From an uncultured Verrucomicrobiae bacterium (GTDB taxonomy: Bacteria > Verrucomicrobiota > Verrucomicrobiia > Chthoniobacterales > JAFAMB01), in NCBI GenBank assembly GCA_963762565.1, contig CAVXLD010000005.1, positions 128,001 through 192,000 on the forward strand: a stretch of 64,000 nucleotides of DNA. The letters are read 5' to 3'. Of the stretch, positions 1-9,226 are shown in pieces. The translations under genes and the position numbers were made by a program. Under the pieces are notes generated by a model. It was not told where the DNA came from and made no database searches. It was given only the letters and a program-made list of their open reading frames with translations. Within the stretch, counting starts at the first letter, position 1, and each line of letters begins with the position of its first letter.

Positions 1-15
1 GCCTCAGTTCCTTTT

Positions 16-43
16 ATCTGCGTAAATCCGTGTTTATCTGCGG
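16..43. repeat. 10-nt-period micro-repeat (ATCTGCG family)
   Basis: atctgcgtaa-atccgtgttt-atctgcgg; the same family occurs at 24301-24320 and 31510-31863. Confidence 0.8.
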
Positions 44-64
44 TTGGTCCTCTCTTCGCGGTTC

Positions 65-1189
65 CTACAAATAATACTCGATTTCCGGTTTGGCTATTTT
101 GACGTCTTCCCAGGGCATTCCAAAACGGATCCGGTGCCAGGCGTTGTTCATGTACCCCTTAAAATTCCAGACACTTTCCGGGGATTCAGGCTGGGTGTTG
201 GCGGCGGAATCCCAGGCCCGGGCGCAGACGAGTTCGCCGACGAGCAACTTTGGAATCAGCACTTGCCATCTTCTCCAAATGCCGGGTTCAGGCGGATCTT
301 GAAAAGAAGCTTCGCGCCACTTCAACGGATCACCGTATCCAATATCGACTCGCACAACATGGCGATTCCCGCCTGCGGTGGCGTAGCCTTTAACTAAGAG
401 CGCGCCGGAGACATCTTCGATCGCGCAGATACATGAATTAACCGACAGTTCGCCCAGCTCCAGAGCGTGTTCCCAATCGGCGCTAGCGGACGATACCTCG
501 GACGAGAACAATCGGTAGGCGTGGGCGTGGTACAGATTTTTGGAAGGCTGGGCGAGCAGATTGATTTCTTTCAGCCATTTCACGCTGCGCGCTCCGATGT
601 AGCCGGGGACGATCGTTCGCAAAGGAGCACCGTGCTCTTGAGCCAGAGGGCGGTTATTCATCTCCCACGCGAGTAGTACATCGCCCTGGAGCGCCCGGCT
701 CAGCGGGATCGATCCGCCGAAGTGAACTTCGGTGCCTTCTTTCAGACAGCGGTCTGCGCCGATAAACTCAACATGTCGCGCCCGATCGTCGAACCCGGTA
801 AAATGGAGAACGTCGGTTAGCGAACAGCCTTTCCATCCGGCGTTACTGATCGCTTCATTCCCCCAACCGACCTCATGGGGGACCGGCTTGATGGCGGAGG
901 CGCTGGAGCGCCGGTTCCCGGCGCACTGAAGCGTGGCCGCGATTTCCTTAACCGGGAAACGTTCGGCCAGTTCTTGCAGCGAGAACTGGCAGGGACGTTG
1001 GGCCAGTCCTCCAACCGTTAGCCGATGAGTCGCATCGTTAAGTTCGGGAATATCGCCGTGGGTGCGAATAAAGAAGTCTTCGACCGGCGTAGCGAACTCT
1101 TCAATGAGCCGGTCCAGCGGAGGGCCGCCATTCGGCGGGGTTTCTTGATGAAAAATGAAATCGGGATGCTTATTGAACGGCGCGCCCAT
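65..1189 (-). CDS. Sulfite oxidase-family molybdopterin oxidoreductase (Mo-co domain plus dimerisation domain)
   Basis: Motifs FFIRTH, LQCAGNRR (Mo-ligand Cys), HGAPLR, GARSVKWL, ARAWD and WNFKGYMNN; no Tat signal or heme domain. Confidence 0.9.
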   Translation of the reverse strand: MGAPFNKHPDFIFHQETPPNGGPPLDRLIEEFATPVEDFFIRTHGDIPELNDATHRLTVGGLAQRPCQFSLQELAERFPVKEIAATLQCAGNRRSSASAIKPVPHEVGWGNEAISNAGWKGCSLTDVLHFTGFDDRARHVEFIGADRCLKEGTEVHFGGSIPLSRALQGDVLLAWEMNNRPLAQEHGAPLRTIVPGYIGARSVKWLKEINLLAQPSKNLYHAHAYRLFSSEVSSASADWEHALELGELSVNSCICAIEDVSGALLVKGYATAGGNRHVVRVDIGYGDPLKWREASFQDPPEPGIWRRWQVLIPKLLVGELVCARAWDSAANTQPESPESVWNFKGYMNNAWHRIRFGMPWEDVKIAKPEIEYYL

Positions 1190-1204
1190 GCCCCATTTTA
1201 TCCC

Positions 1205-1239
1205 GTGAAAGGTGAAACGTGAAAGGTAAAAGCGCAGCC
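1205..1239. repeat. Heptamer GTGAAAG array with GCGCAGCC cap
   Basis: gtgaaag-gtgaaac-gtgaaag-gtaaaa-gcgcagcc; reverse-complement copies at about 9144-9187 and 10951-10993. Confidence 0.85.
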
Positions 1240-1255
1240 TGCTTTTTTGCGTCTT

Positions 1256-2524
1256 TTATCGGTTTGTGTTCGGAGCCAACACGTTGACGATCGATTCGAA
1301 GATTGTGCCGCTGGCGTTCTTGTAATTGCCCTCTTCGTCAAAGGCGCTTTGAGAGTAGGTAGTTACAATGGTCACGGTTAGTTTCCTGGCGGGAAGATAG
1401 CCTGCGATTGCGCCGCAGCCGGCGAAGTTTTTGGATTGCGTGACCCACGAACCAAGGATCACGACGCCGAGTCCGTAGTTGCGCTCTTTAGTGTTTTGCT
1501 GGCAACTGGGGCAGTTCGGGTCCGGATGGCCGAAGCCAATCAGGTTCGGATTGATCTGAGCGGCGGACGATTCTTTGGAGAGCAGTTTGCCGGTACCGAC
1601 GGCTTCTATCGATTTAGCCAGGTCGTTAATGTCCGTTGTTTGCACCGCGCCTTCGGCTGTGGTCCAGGATGGGTTCCAAAAGGTTGATTCTTCGTAGAGA
1701 ATCGAGCTGGCGGGGACGCCGAGCTCGCCCCGGCGTTCGGAACTGAAGCTGTGGAGGATCGGCGCCGGGATCTCGGGTGTATCGATGCTCTGCGTCTGCT
1801 TCAGGTCCATCGGCCCGCAGATATATTTCTGCATGGCGGTTGCTAACGGTAAACCGGTGATCATCTCCAGGACCCGTCCCAGGATGACGTAGTTAGTGTG
1901 CGAATAGGCCCAATTCGTGCCCGGCTCAAATAGCAGTGGTCTGCTAGTGCCGATCCGGATCAGATCGTCGGAAGACCATTGCCGGAAAGGATCGAGACTG
2001 AGGGCATGGGTAACCTCCGGCTGATAGACATAATCGGCGTATCCAGATGTCATGTTGGCGAGATTCTTCAGAGTGATCCGATCGGCGGATGGCAGGTCGG
2101 GCAAAAACTCGCTCAACTTAGTATCCAGGCTCACTTTCTTCTGATCGACCATTTCCAGGAGCATGGTTGACATGTAGGTGAAAGCCATGGCGCCGTTCCG
2201 AAAATGCATCGGCACCGTTGCCGGCACCCCGGTCATCGATTCACCTTCGGCTTCGGTGTAGATATTTTGGCCGCCGGAATTCACCGCCGCGATGATGGCT
2301 TTCACGCCGTATCGTTTTGCCGCGTCATGGACAATCGCTTCGACGGCCGGGATTTGTTGTTGGAGTGCGAGCTCAGGAGTGGTGGCGGTGTCGTGGCGGC
2401 TGGGGGTGGGAGAGGGCGTGGGGGGTGCAGCGTCGGAGGCAGAAATGACAAACGACAGGCGAAGCGCATAGCCAATAGCCAATAGCCGATAGCCGATATT
2501 AAAGGGGAACGACAAGGAGTGCAT
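1256..2524 (-). CDS. Secreted beta-lactamase-fold (serine hydrolase family) protein lacking the SxxK motif
   Basis: LANMTSG, LLFEPGTNWAYSHTNY and YGLG are typical of the class C/PBP-like fold, but FRNGAMAF replaces F.IGS.TK. Start placed at ATG 2524 because the upstream part of the ORF is repeat DNA. Confidence 0.8.
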   Translation of the reverse strand: MHSLSFPFNIGYRLLAIGYALRLSFVISASDAAPPTPSPTPSRHDTATTPELALQQQIPAVEAIVHDAAKRYGVKAIIAAVNSGGQNIYTEAEGESMTGVPATVPMHFRNGAMAFTYMSTMLLEMVDQKKVSLDTKLSEFLPDLPSADRITLKNLANMTSGYADYVYQPEVTHALSLDPFRQWSSDDLIRIGTSRPLLFEPGTNWAYSHTNYVILGRVLEMITGLPLATAMQKYICGPMDLKQTQSIDTPEIPAPILHSFSSERRGELGVPASSILYEESTFWNPSWTTAEGAVQTTDINDLAKSIEAVGTGKLLSKESSAAQINPNLIGFGHPDPNCPSCQQNTKERNYGLGVVILGSWVTQSKNFAGCGAIAGYLPARKLTVTIVTTYSQSAFDEEGNYKNASGTIFESIVNVLAPNTNR

Positions 2525-2590
2525 GGGGGGTTGTGATATTTTGCCAGAATAGGAATCGCACGCCAAGACGCAAAAAGGGAAGAGGACGCG

Positions 2591-2616
2591 ATTAGTGATT
2601 GGTGATTGGTGATTGG
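2591..2616. repeat. Heptamer TGATTGG array (left flank of split-REP pair 1)
   Basis: attagtgattggtgattggtgattgg; inverted partner (CCAATCA)x3 at 2839-2862. Confidence 0.9.
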
Positions 2617-2826
2617 TAGGGCGAGGCTCCCGAAAGAGCGTGGGATTGATCAAAGCTCAGCCGCCCAAACCTCACCAATCAACAAGCTACGTACCTAAAA
2701 CGTGCCGAGCCGTGGTCTGTCATGGGCCACGGCTCGGCGCGTCTCTTGGCCTCGCTCAATGGTTGTTCCAGTGCAGGTAATCTTCCCTTGGTCAATGGCT
2801 CGGTCTTGCGGGAGCATCGCCCTACC
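2615..2826. mobile_element. Split-REP inverted pair 1 (REPIN/MITE-like)
   Basis: GGTAGGGCGAGGCTCCC, 72 nt, GCCGAGCC, 19-nt spacer, GGCTCGGC, 71 nt, GGGAGCATCGCCCTACC. Confidence 0.8.
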
Positions 2827-2858
2827 AGGCTTCGGCCCCACCAATCACCAATCACCAA

Positions 2859-4256
2859 TCACTTCACCACGGCCGGCGTCTCGTCTTTCTGGCGTTCGAT
2901 GTAGCCGTATACCTCAGGGAGGATAAATATAGCGGATAGGAAGGCGATGAGTGACGAGAGCGAGACTATGGCTGTCGCTATGGAGATACCTACGTGTTCG
3001 AACAGGACCGGGAATAGGAAGATGGTAACGAAATTGGGTAGTTTGACGAAGATATAACCGAACCCGGAGGCGGTGGCTTTGTATCTAGAGGGAGCGACCA
3101 TTGAGCAGATCGTCATCCCATTGGATGCAGACCAGTAATGGAACCACATTAGAGAGGCAGCGGCGATTGGGAGCGCGATTCTCCAGTCCAGGGCGAGGAA
3201 GATTGCTGCCGCCACTAATGAAAGCCAGGTCCCGCCAAAACCCCATTGAGAGATACCGCGATGACCTAGTTTCGGTGTGATCGCAGGAGCAACAAATCCG
3301 CTGATCGTGGCGATGACATAGATCCCAGCTAAGAGAAAGTTAATGCTCACCATGTCCTTGATTCCGATTAGCAAGAAAATGATCGGAAGATAAAAGCCAA
3401 ACGCGGAGAACTCGATTCCTTGGGCCGCGTTCGAGATCCAGGCGTAAATACTGGCTCGCCGGCGGGTCTTGTCGCTCCAGATATCCGCTAGAAAGTCGCG
3501 GGTGCGCGGTCGCTGGACCTGGTAATCTTCATCCGGCAACATGTCCAACGGGTCATTGAATATCTGTTTAGCGACTTTCTTGGCTTGTTTAAATTTGCCG
3601 GATTGAATCAGGGAAAGAGCGGTATCAGAAATATCGAGCCGCATCAGGAAAAGGATGAGGGCAGGAACGGCTCCTAAGGCGAGCCCGATTCGCCAGAGCA
3701 AATCGTGGTTCATGCCGCTGAGGAACATGATTGTGACCACGATGATACAGCCGACCTCGCCCAGACCGAACATACCTTGCCAACGGTTGCCCATGACTTC
3801 GCGTTTACCTTTCGGCATCGATTCCATGATGTAGGCGTAGCCGGAGGCGACATCGCTCCCCAACGGTATACCGAGCAACAATCGGATTATAACGAGTTCC
3901 CACATGTTATGGGCGAAAGCCTGAGTTATGGCTAGAACAACAAATAGCGCCATGGTAGTCAGGAAAACCACGCGGCGCCCAAGACGATCGGCTGCCCAAC
4001 CGCCGATCACGGCGCCGATTAACGCACCCAATTGTACTGAAGCCGATGCCAGGCCCAGTAAGGCTGCATCTGGCTTGAACTCGTCTTTGATGAAGATCAA
4101 CAGAAACGAGATCGAGTACAGGTCCCATGCTTCGATCAGAATGGTGGTGATCATCAGCCAACCGGTACGGGTACCCGTTTGTGTCCCTTCCATGTTGAGC
4201 ACATGGGCCGCGGCGCTATCAGACAACTTTTGCAGTTCTTCCTGACTGGAAATCAT
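2859..4256 (-). CDS. MFS transporter, sugar porter-like
   Basis: About 12 TM segments, motif A (GWAADRLGRR), EAWDL in TM1, C-terminal LPE; AAGGAG RBS before ATG 4256. Confidence 0.88.
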   Translation of the reverse strand: MISSQEELQKLSDSAAAHVLNMEGTQTGTRTGWLMITTILIEAWDLYSISFLLIFIKDEFKPDAALLGLASASVQLGALIGAVIGGWAADRLGRRVVFLTTMALFVVLAITQAFAHNMWELVIIRLLLGIPLGSDVASGYAYIMESMPKGKREVMGNRWQGMFGLGEVGCIIVVTIMFLSGMNHDLLWRIGLALGAVPALILFLMRLDISDTALSLIQSGKFKQAKKVAKQIFNDPLDMLPDEDYQVQRPRTRDFLADIWSDKTRRRASIYAWISNAAQGIEFSAFGFYLPIIFLLIGIKDMVSINFLLAGIYVIATISGFVAPAITPKLGHRGISQWGFGGTWLSLVAAAIFLALDWRIALPIAAASLMWFHYWSASNGMTICSMVAPSRYKATASGFGYIFVKLPNFVTIFLFPVLFEHVGISIATAIVSLSSLIAFLSAIFILPEVYGYIERQKDETPAVVK

Positions 4257-4313
4257 CGAGGCTCCTTGGGGGGTTAAGGGGTTGGGGCGAAGGTGAATGG
4301 TACGATGGGGGCA

Positions 4314-4436
4314 TGACAAATGACAAATGACAAATGACAGAACGGGGAAGAGCGGCGCCGGAAGAAAAATTCTCACGCAAGGACCCAGCCCGCAACGCTT
4401 CGCGTAGCGATGCGGGCGTGGCGCAAAGGCGCAAAG
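4314..4436. repeat. (TGACAAA)x4 array, plus CGCAAAGG octamer array interrupted by a palindromic REP
   Basis: tgacaaa x3 + tgacaga at 4314-4341; gcccgcaacgcttcgcgtagcgatgcgggc at 4388-4417 has a near-identical copy at 17447-17476. Confidence 0.85.
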
Positions 4437-4541
4437 GGAAGACGAATCCGGAAAAGCTGCGAGAGAGCGCAGAGAAACACTAGCGTTGTGTAAAAAGTGT
4501 CGACGTCCTTGGCTGGATTCGCTAAGAGACTGGTCCCCAGG

Positions 4542-6329
4542 ATGCTTTGCCTGAAATCTCAGCTAACTGGGGTCTGGTTCGCCGGCGTTTTGGTCTTTTT
4601 TTCTGCCGGGTTCGAGGCCGTAACTTATGCGGGAAGCCCGCTTGGATCGCGGAATACCATCACGGCGGATCCGCCGGTTAGCCGGCCTCCGGCTAAGTAT
4701 GGCGCCCCTACTAAAGTGACGTTGTTCACTAATGCCGAATTCAACAGTTTTAGTCCGTTTGATTTTAATTATAGTGCGCCGGCGTTCACTCCTCCGGCGG
4801 CGCCCAATAGTCCTGGGCCCTGGGCCAAGGTCATTCTGGTTTGCGATCTCTCGGTGACCCCAGGGGTGCAGTTTGATCGGACGGCTCAAATGACCATTGG
4901 CAATACGATCGTCTTTTTCGGCACCACGTGCGAACCGCAGCAGAAGCTCGGGCCTTCCTGGCACGTTGAACGAGATTTGACGGAGTACAGTAAGCTGCTG
5001 ATGACGGCGACCTCAGGTGAGATGAATATCGGGAACATTGTTAATTCGCAGTATACCGGGGTGATCTACGCTTCGGCTTATCTTTTGTTCTATCCTTATA
5101 CCCAAGGGAGCGGAGAGGCAGCGCCCGTCGTAGCGGATCTGATCTATCCTCTGCCTGGTACTCCGAACGGACTTTCTCAAATAGGATTACCGAACGGCCC
5201 CAGCGCCTTGTCGGCTGCAGTCACGGTTCCGCAACAGATGCAAGGTATTCCAACTTCGGTAGCCCGGGCTTACCTGGATGTGTTTCCGCAGGGGCAATTC
5301 GACGACGAGTTCTGGTATAGCAATGTTCCGGATGATCTGGCTCAAGAATTGGGCCAAAATCCCGGTACCGCTTTTCGAGAGACCGAAGTGACGATTGATG
5401 GTCAAGTGGCCGGATTTGCTCCGGTTTTCCCCTGGATTTTTACGGGCGGCGCCGATTTTTTTCTTTGGGAACCGATCCCGGGCGTTCAAACCCTCAATTT
5501 CGCTCCTTACCGGGTGGATCTTTCACCCTACGCAGCCTTGTTGAGCGACGGGAATGCGCACACGATTTCGATCAACGTTTATAACGCGGACAATTATTTT
5601 CAGATAACGGCGAACCTCTTCGTCTACCTGGCCTACAACTCAAGCGGGGTTACTGGCGGAGTAACCGTGACGGGCGATTCCGAGCCGCCACTGACGATCA
5701 AAGCAAATTTGCATCAGGTTAAAGGTAATCCGAACGGCACTATCTCAACCACGTCGCTGCGTCATTTAACAATAGAAGGTTACGTCGTCACGGGGTCGAC
5801 TAAATTGGTTAGTAAGGTCGAGCAGGATGCGACCTTTACCAACAATCAAAAATTCACCATTTCGGCGACCCAATATTTTCAGGATATTAGTCAAAGCACG
5901 ACGTTAACCACCAAGAGTACTTATCAGGTTATCGACGCTAAGACTGGAGCGGTGCTATCGACCCTGCAGAATACGAAAGAGCTTTCTTATCCGTTTACTG
6001 CTGATTTTGATGAGACCTTAGAATCGGCCAGTACGCTTCAGCTAGTAACCCACATTAGTCAGAACTATCTCATTAACCAGCAAGGCGACTGGGCACCTGA
6101 GATTGGGTTGCCGGTGAAAGTGAATCAGTTTAGCAGCCAATTGGCGAACGTCGTACAGGCTCACGATACAGCGTTCATAGATTTAAGTTTGAGTGCAATC
6201 ACCGGCCACAAAGATCAAGGGAGTTCGCAGGTGTATTCGTTCGATGACAATAATCCGGCCGATAACTATCGGCATGAGATCAAAGCGGTGAATAACGTTG
6301 TTACGTATGACTATGAGGAAGGGCACTGA
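4542..6329 (+). CDS. Peptide-N4-(N-acetyl-beta-glucosaminyl)asparagine amidase A (PNGase A/H+ family), secreted
   Basis: QFDRTA, W.VERDLTEYS, DEFWYSN, FRE, PWIFTGG and LWEPIPG motifs; N-terminal signal peptide. Start uncertain (GTG 4497 or ATG 4542). Confidence 0.85.
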   Translation: MLCLKSQLTGVWFAGVLVFFSAGFEAVTYAGSPLGSRNTITADPPVSRPPAKYGAPTKVTLFTNAEFNSFSPFDFNYSAPAFTPPAAPNSPGPWAKVILVCDLSVTPGVQFDRTAQMTIGNTIVFFGTTCEPQQKLGPSWHVERDLTEYSKLLMTATSGEMNIGNIVNSQYTGVIYASAYLLFYPYTQGSGEAAPVVADLIYPLPGTPNGLSQIGLPNGPSALSAAVTVPQQMQGIPTSVARAYLDVFPQGQFDDEFWYSNVPDDLAQELGQNPGTAFRETEVTIDGQVAGFAPVFPWIFTGGADFFLWEPIPGVQTLNFAPYRVDLSPYAALLSDGNAHTISINVYNADNYFQITANLFVYLAYNSSGVTGGVTVTGDSEPPLTIKANLHQVKGNPNGTISTTSLRHLTIEGYVVTGSTKLVSKVEQDATFTNNQKFTISATQYFQDISQSTTLTTKSTYQVIDAKTGAVLSTLQNTKELSYPFTADFDETLESASTLQLVTHISQNYLINQQGDWAPEIGLPVKVNQFSSQLANVVQAHDTAFIDLSLSAITGHKDQGSSQVYSFDDNNPADNYRHEIKAVNNVVTYDYEEGH

Positions 6330-6430
6330 GGGTTCGCCGAATAGCAAATAGCAAATGGGGGGTGGCGGCCAAAGTAACGCCGACAACGCCGGGGAGCTCC
6401 GTGACTGCGGGGTGACGTCTGCTGCGGCTA

Positions 6431-6724
6431 CTAGTGTGCTGCCCCATAAATAGCATGGCTTTCGTTGCGATCAAAATGGGCCGCCGGCAAGGCGGTCCGA
6501 GCCGGACTGGCGGTAGAGGGCGCATATCTAGATTGATACGTAACCGACGAGCAACGCAGCCGCCGGCCCATTTTCATCGCAACCCTCCGGGCCGTGGCCA
6601 GTCGGCTGTTTTTCCGCGTTGCTCGCTCGACCCGTATGAACCAAATATGGGCGCTTCGCTCGCGCCTTGAAAAACAGCCAACTGGCCGACGGCGAAAGCC
6701 ATGTTATTTATGGGACAGCACTAG
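6431..6724. mobile_element. MITE-like element (~290 bp) with 29-bp terminal inverted repeats and two internal hairpin arms
   Basis: TIR 6436-6464 vs 6693-6721 (2 mismatches); CTAG at both ends; internal stems 6464-6483/6564-6583 and 6596-6614/6669-6687. Confidence 0.85.
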
Positions 6725-6792
6725 TGTCTCTACGAGCGATTTATGGTTAGCCTGCGGTGGTGCGGATCTGATAGGCTGGGTGCGATTGAGCC

Positions 6793-8289
6793 ATGAGCGA
6801 TGAGCCTTCCCCGGTGCCGTTAGCTAATCCTTTACTTGCTCTTTTGTTTCGTGGCTATGAGCCGGCGCCGCCCAGGTTTATCGCCCAGCAAACGTATTAC
6901 CCGTGGCTGGTGGTGGGTCTTACCTGCGTTAGCGCGTTTATCGGACAGCTTGATGCCTCTATTGTCCAGCTTGCGCTTCCGACTCTGGAGCGCGAATTCG
7001 ATGCGCCATTAGGATCTGTCAGCTGGGTTGCGGTGGCGTATCTGGTCGCTTTTGCGGCGATTCTACCCACGTTTGGCCGGCTCGCGGAGATTGTCGGCCG
7101 AAAGTTGCTCTATGTTGCCGGGTTTGTTCTGTTCACGGTTGCTTCGCTGTTATGCGGCTTGGCCTCTAGCCTGGCAATGCTAATCCTGTTTCGTGCAATT
7201 CAAGGGATTGGTGGAGCGTTACTGGGTGCGAACAGTATCGCAGTTCTGGTGAAAGCGGCAGGTCCGGACCGGCGTAGTCGAGCTATGGGCATCTTCGCGG
7301 GTGCTCAAGCGGTCGGTGTCAGCCTTGGTCCTGCTGTCGGTGGGGTGTTGCTGGATACGCTCGGCTGGCGTTGGGTTTTCTGGGTTAACGTCCCGATCGG
7401 AGTGGCGGCAGCGATGGTTGGGCTGCTGGTTTTACCGCAGACAACCGGTCTCGATGGAAAGAGAAAGTTTGACTTGCCAGGTGCACTTTTGTTGACCCCA
7501 GCGTTGATCGGTTTAGCGATTGGGCTAACCGAGGTCCATTCCTGGGGTATCTTTTCGCCCGCCATCATTCTTTGCTTAATGGTCAGTGCGGTCTTGTTGC
7601 CGGTCTTCGTCTGGCATGAAAACAAAACGAAGGCGCCGCTGCTTGACCCTGCTCTCTTCCAGTTTCCGGGGTTTCGTTACGGCGCCCTCGCTGTCTTTCT
7701 GTCCTATGCCTTGCTCTACGGCATATTTTTGCTCATGTCGTTTGCGTTGGTGCGAGGATATCGCGAATCGGCAGTGGTAGCAGGGCTGCGCCTAGCAATT
7801 ATCCCGATCGCGCTGGGTCTGGTCGCTCCGATCAGCGGTGCTTTGAATGAACGGTTAGGGTCGCGGATTTTGACTGCACTCGGGATGGTTGTCTGTCTGG
7901 TATCGTTGATTTTGCTTGATGGGTTTCTGCGGCAAACGACAGGTGGTCTTTCGATGGTAATGGTCGCTTTGGCACTGTTCGGGGCTGGTCTCGGATTATT
8001 TATTGCTCCTAATAACGATGCGACCGTGCACTCGGTACCAACGGAACGGTCTGGTCAAGCAGGTGCATTGATTAATCTGATGCGGATTCTAGGTACGGCG
8101 ACAGGTGTATCGGCCTGCTCCACGGTTTTCACTTGGCGGTTGGACCAGCTTGGCTTTGCCGGAGGCCGGACCACCTTGGCACCTGCTCCTGTGATGGTCG
8201 CTGCGGCGAGCGATGGGTTGCTTTTGCTGATCGCCTTTGCGGTGTTGGCTGGTGTCGCGGCGAGCGCTTCGCGCAGAACGAAGAAATAG
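6793..8289 (+). CDS. MFS efflux transporter, DHA2 (EmrB/QacA) family
   Basis: LDASIVQLALP, GRLAEIVGRK, GPAVGG and WRWVFWVNVPIG motifs; about 14 TM. Confidence 0.92.
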   Translation: MSDEPSPVPLANPLLALLFRGYEPAPPRFIAQQTYYPWLVVGLTCVSAFIGQLDASIVQLALPTLEREFDAPLGSVSWVAVAYLVAFAAILPTFGRLAEIVGRKLLYVAGFVLFTVASLLCGLASSLAMLILFRAIQGIGGALLGANSIAVLVKAAGPDRRSRAMGIFAGAQAVGVSLGPAVGGVLLDTLGWRWVFWVNVPIGVAAAMVGLLVLPQTTGLDGKRKFDLPGALLLTPALIGLAIGLTEVHSWGIFSPAIILCLMVSAVLLPVFVWHENKTKAPLLDPALFQFPGFRYGALAVFLSYALLYGIFLLMSFALVRGYRESAVVAGLRLAIIPIALGLVAPISGALNERLGSRILTALGMVVCLVSLILLDGFLRQTTGGLSMVMVALALFGAGLGLFIAPNNDATVHSVPTERSGQAGALINLMRILGTATGVSACSTVFTWRLDQLGFAGGRTTLAPAPVMVAAASDGLLLLIAFAVLAGVAASASRRTKK

Positions 8290-8383
8290 GAGTTCAGGGT
8301 GAGGACGATCCAGAAATTGCAATCACAAAGGCTCTGTGAACCGAGAATGTGAAGCAACTGAGTGCCCACGTTAGCAGGCTCCC

Positions 8384-8448
8384 GAACTCCTGAACTCCCC
8401 GACTTCGCCAAGCCTAAGTCGCGGCAGGCCTTGAACTCCTGAACTTCT
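8384..8448. repeat. TGAACTCC array interrupted by a 32-nt palindromic REP
   Basis: gaactcc-tgaactcc [ccgacttcgccaagcctaagtcgcggcaggcc, 8399-8430] ttgaactcc-tgaacttct. Confidence 0.85.
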
Positions 8449-8470
8449 TTGTGTGATCGGCGCTTTGAGC

Positions 8471-8476
8471 TACACT
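8471..8476 (+). promoter_or_regulatory. Putative -10 box (TACACT) for leaderless transcription
   Basis: TACACT lies 7 nt before ATG 8484; no SD sequence. Confidence 0.4.
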
Positions 8477-8483
8477 CAGCGCC

Positions 8484-9002
8484 ATGAGAGCTTTTTTGGC
8501 AGGGTTAGTGATCGGCATCATTCTCGTGCCGGCGGCGTTGTATCTCTATTTTTGGCTGGGGTATGCCCCGGTTTCGACGAAAGCGGCCCCGCTTCCTTTT
8601 GAACGTAAAATGGCGGGGATGGCGCTCGAAAAGCGCATCGAGAAAGAGGCGCCGAAGGAGTCGCCGGTGCAACCGACGGAACAGAATCTCTTAGCCGGCG
8701 CGAAGGTCTATATCGAGAACTGCGCAGTTTGTCACGGGACCGCTACGGAACCGGAGAGCGCCATTGCTAAAGGGATGTTCCCTGAACCGCCTCCGTTGCT
8801 TCATGGTAAAGGCGTGACCGACGATCCGGCGGGTGAAACGTTTTGGAAGGTTGCGAACGGAATCCGATTGAGCGGTATGCCCGGGTTTACCGGTTCCCTG
8901 ACAGATGAGCAAATGTGGCAGGTGAGCCAACTGTTGGCCAACGCCGATAAATTGCCGCAGAGCGCTAAAGACGCGCTCGCGCAACCTGGGAATGCTCAAT
9001 AG
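8484..9002 (+). CDS. Membrane-anchored class I cytochrome c
   Basis: N-terminal TM, CAVCH heme motif, FWKVANGIRLSGMPGF with distal Met. Confidence 0.9.
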   Translation: MRAFLAGLVIGIILVPAALYLYFWLGYAPVSTKAAPLPFERKMAGMALEKRIEKEAPKESPVQPTEQNLLAGAKVYIENCAVCHGTATEPESAIAKGMFPEPPPLLHGKGVTDDPAGETFWKVANGIRLSGMPGFTGSLTDEQMWQVSQLLANADKLPQSAKDALAQPGNAQ

Positions 9003-9220
9003 CCGCGAAAGAAATCTCACACAAAGGCTCGAAGCCACGAAGGGAAGACATTAATAGCCGCAAAAACCTGTCGCGCCGTAGGCTTGGCGGAGGCGGAAGG
9101 CACAAAAAGCGCAAAAAAATTTGATTGCCACACGCACAAGCGCGGCTGCGCTTTTCACCTTTCACTTTTTACATCTCACCTTTCACAGTCTTAACCTTTG
9201 TGGCTTTGTGTGAGATTTTA
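9003..9220. repeat. Composite repeat mosaic (GCCGCAAAA/CACAAAA array, nested REP, TTTCACC array)
   Basis: Outer inverted ends ctcacacaaagg...ctttgtgtgag; nested REP at 9067-9096; heptamer array at 9153-9187; similar organisation at 10901-11030. Confidence 0.8.
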
Positions 9221-9226
9221 TTCGCG

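Noticed and set aside
65..9002. SorAB sulfite dehydrogenase made of the molybdoenzyme and the cytochrome c
   Set aside because: The genes are 7 kb apart on opposite strands and the molybdoenzyme has no export signal.
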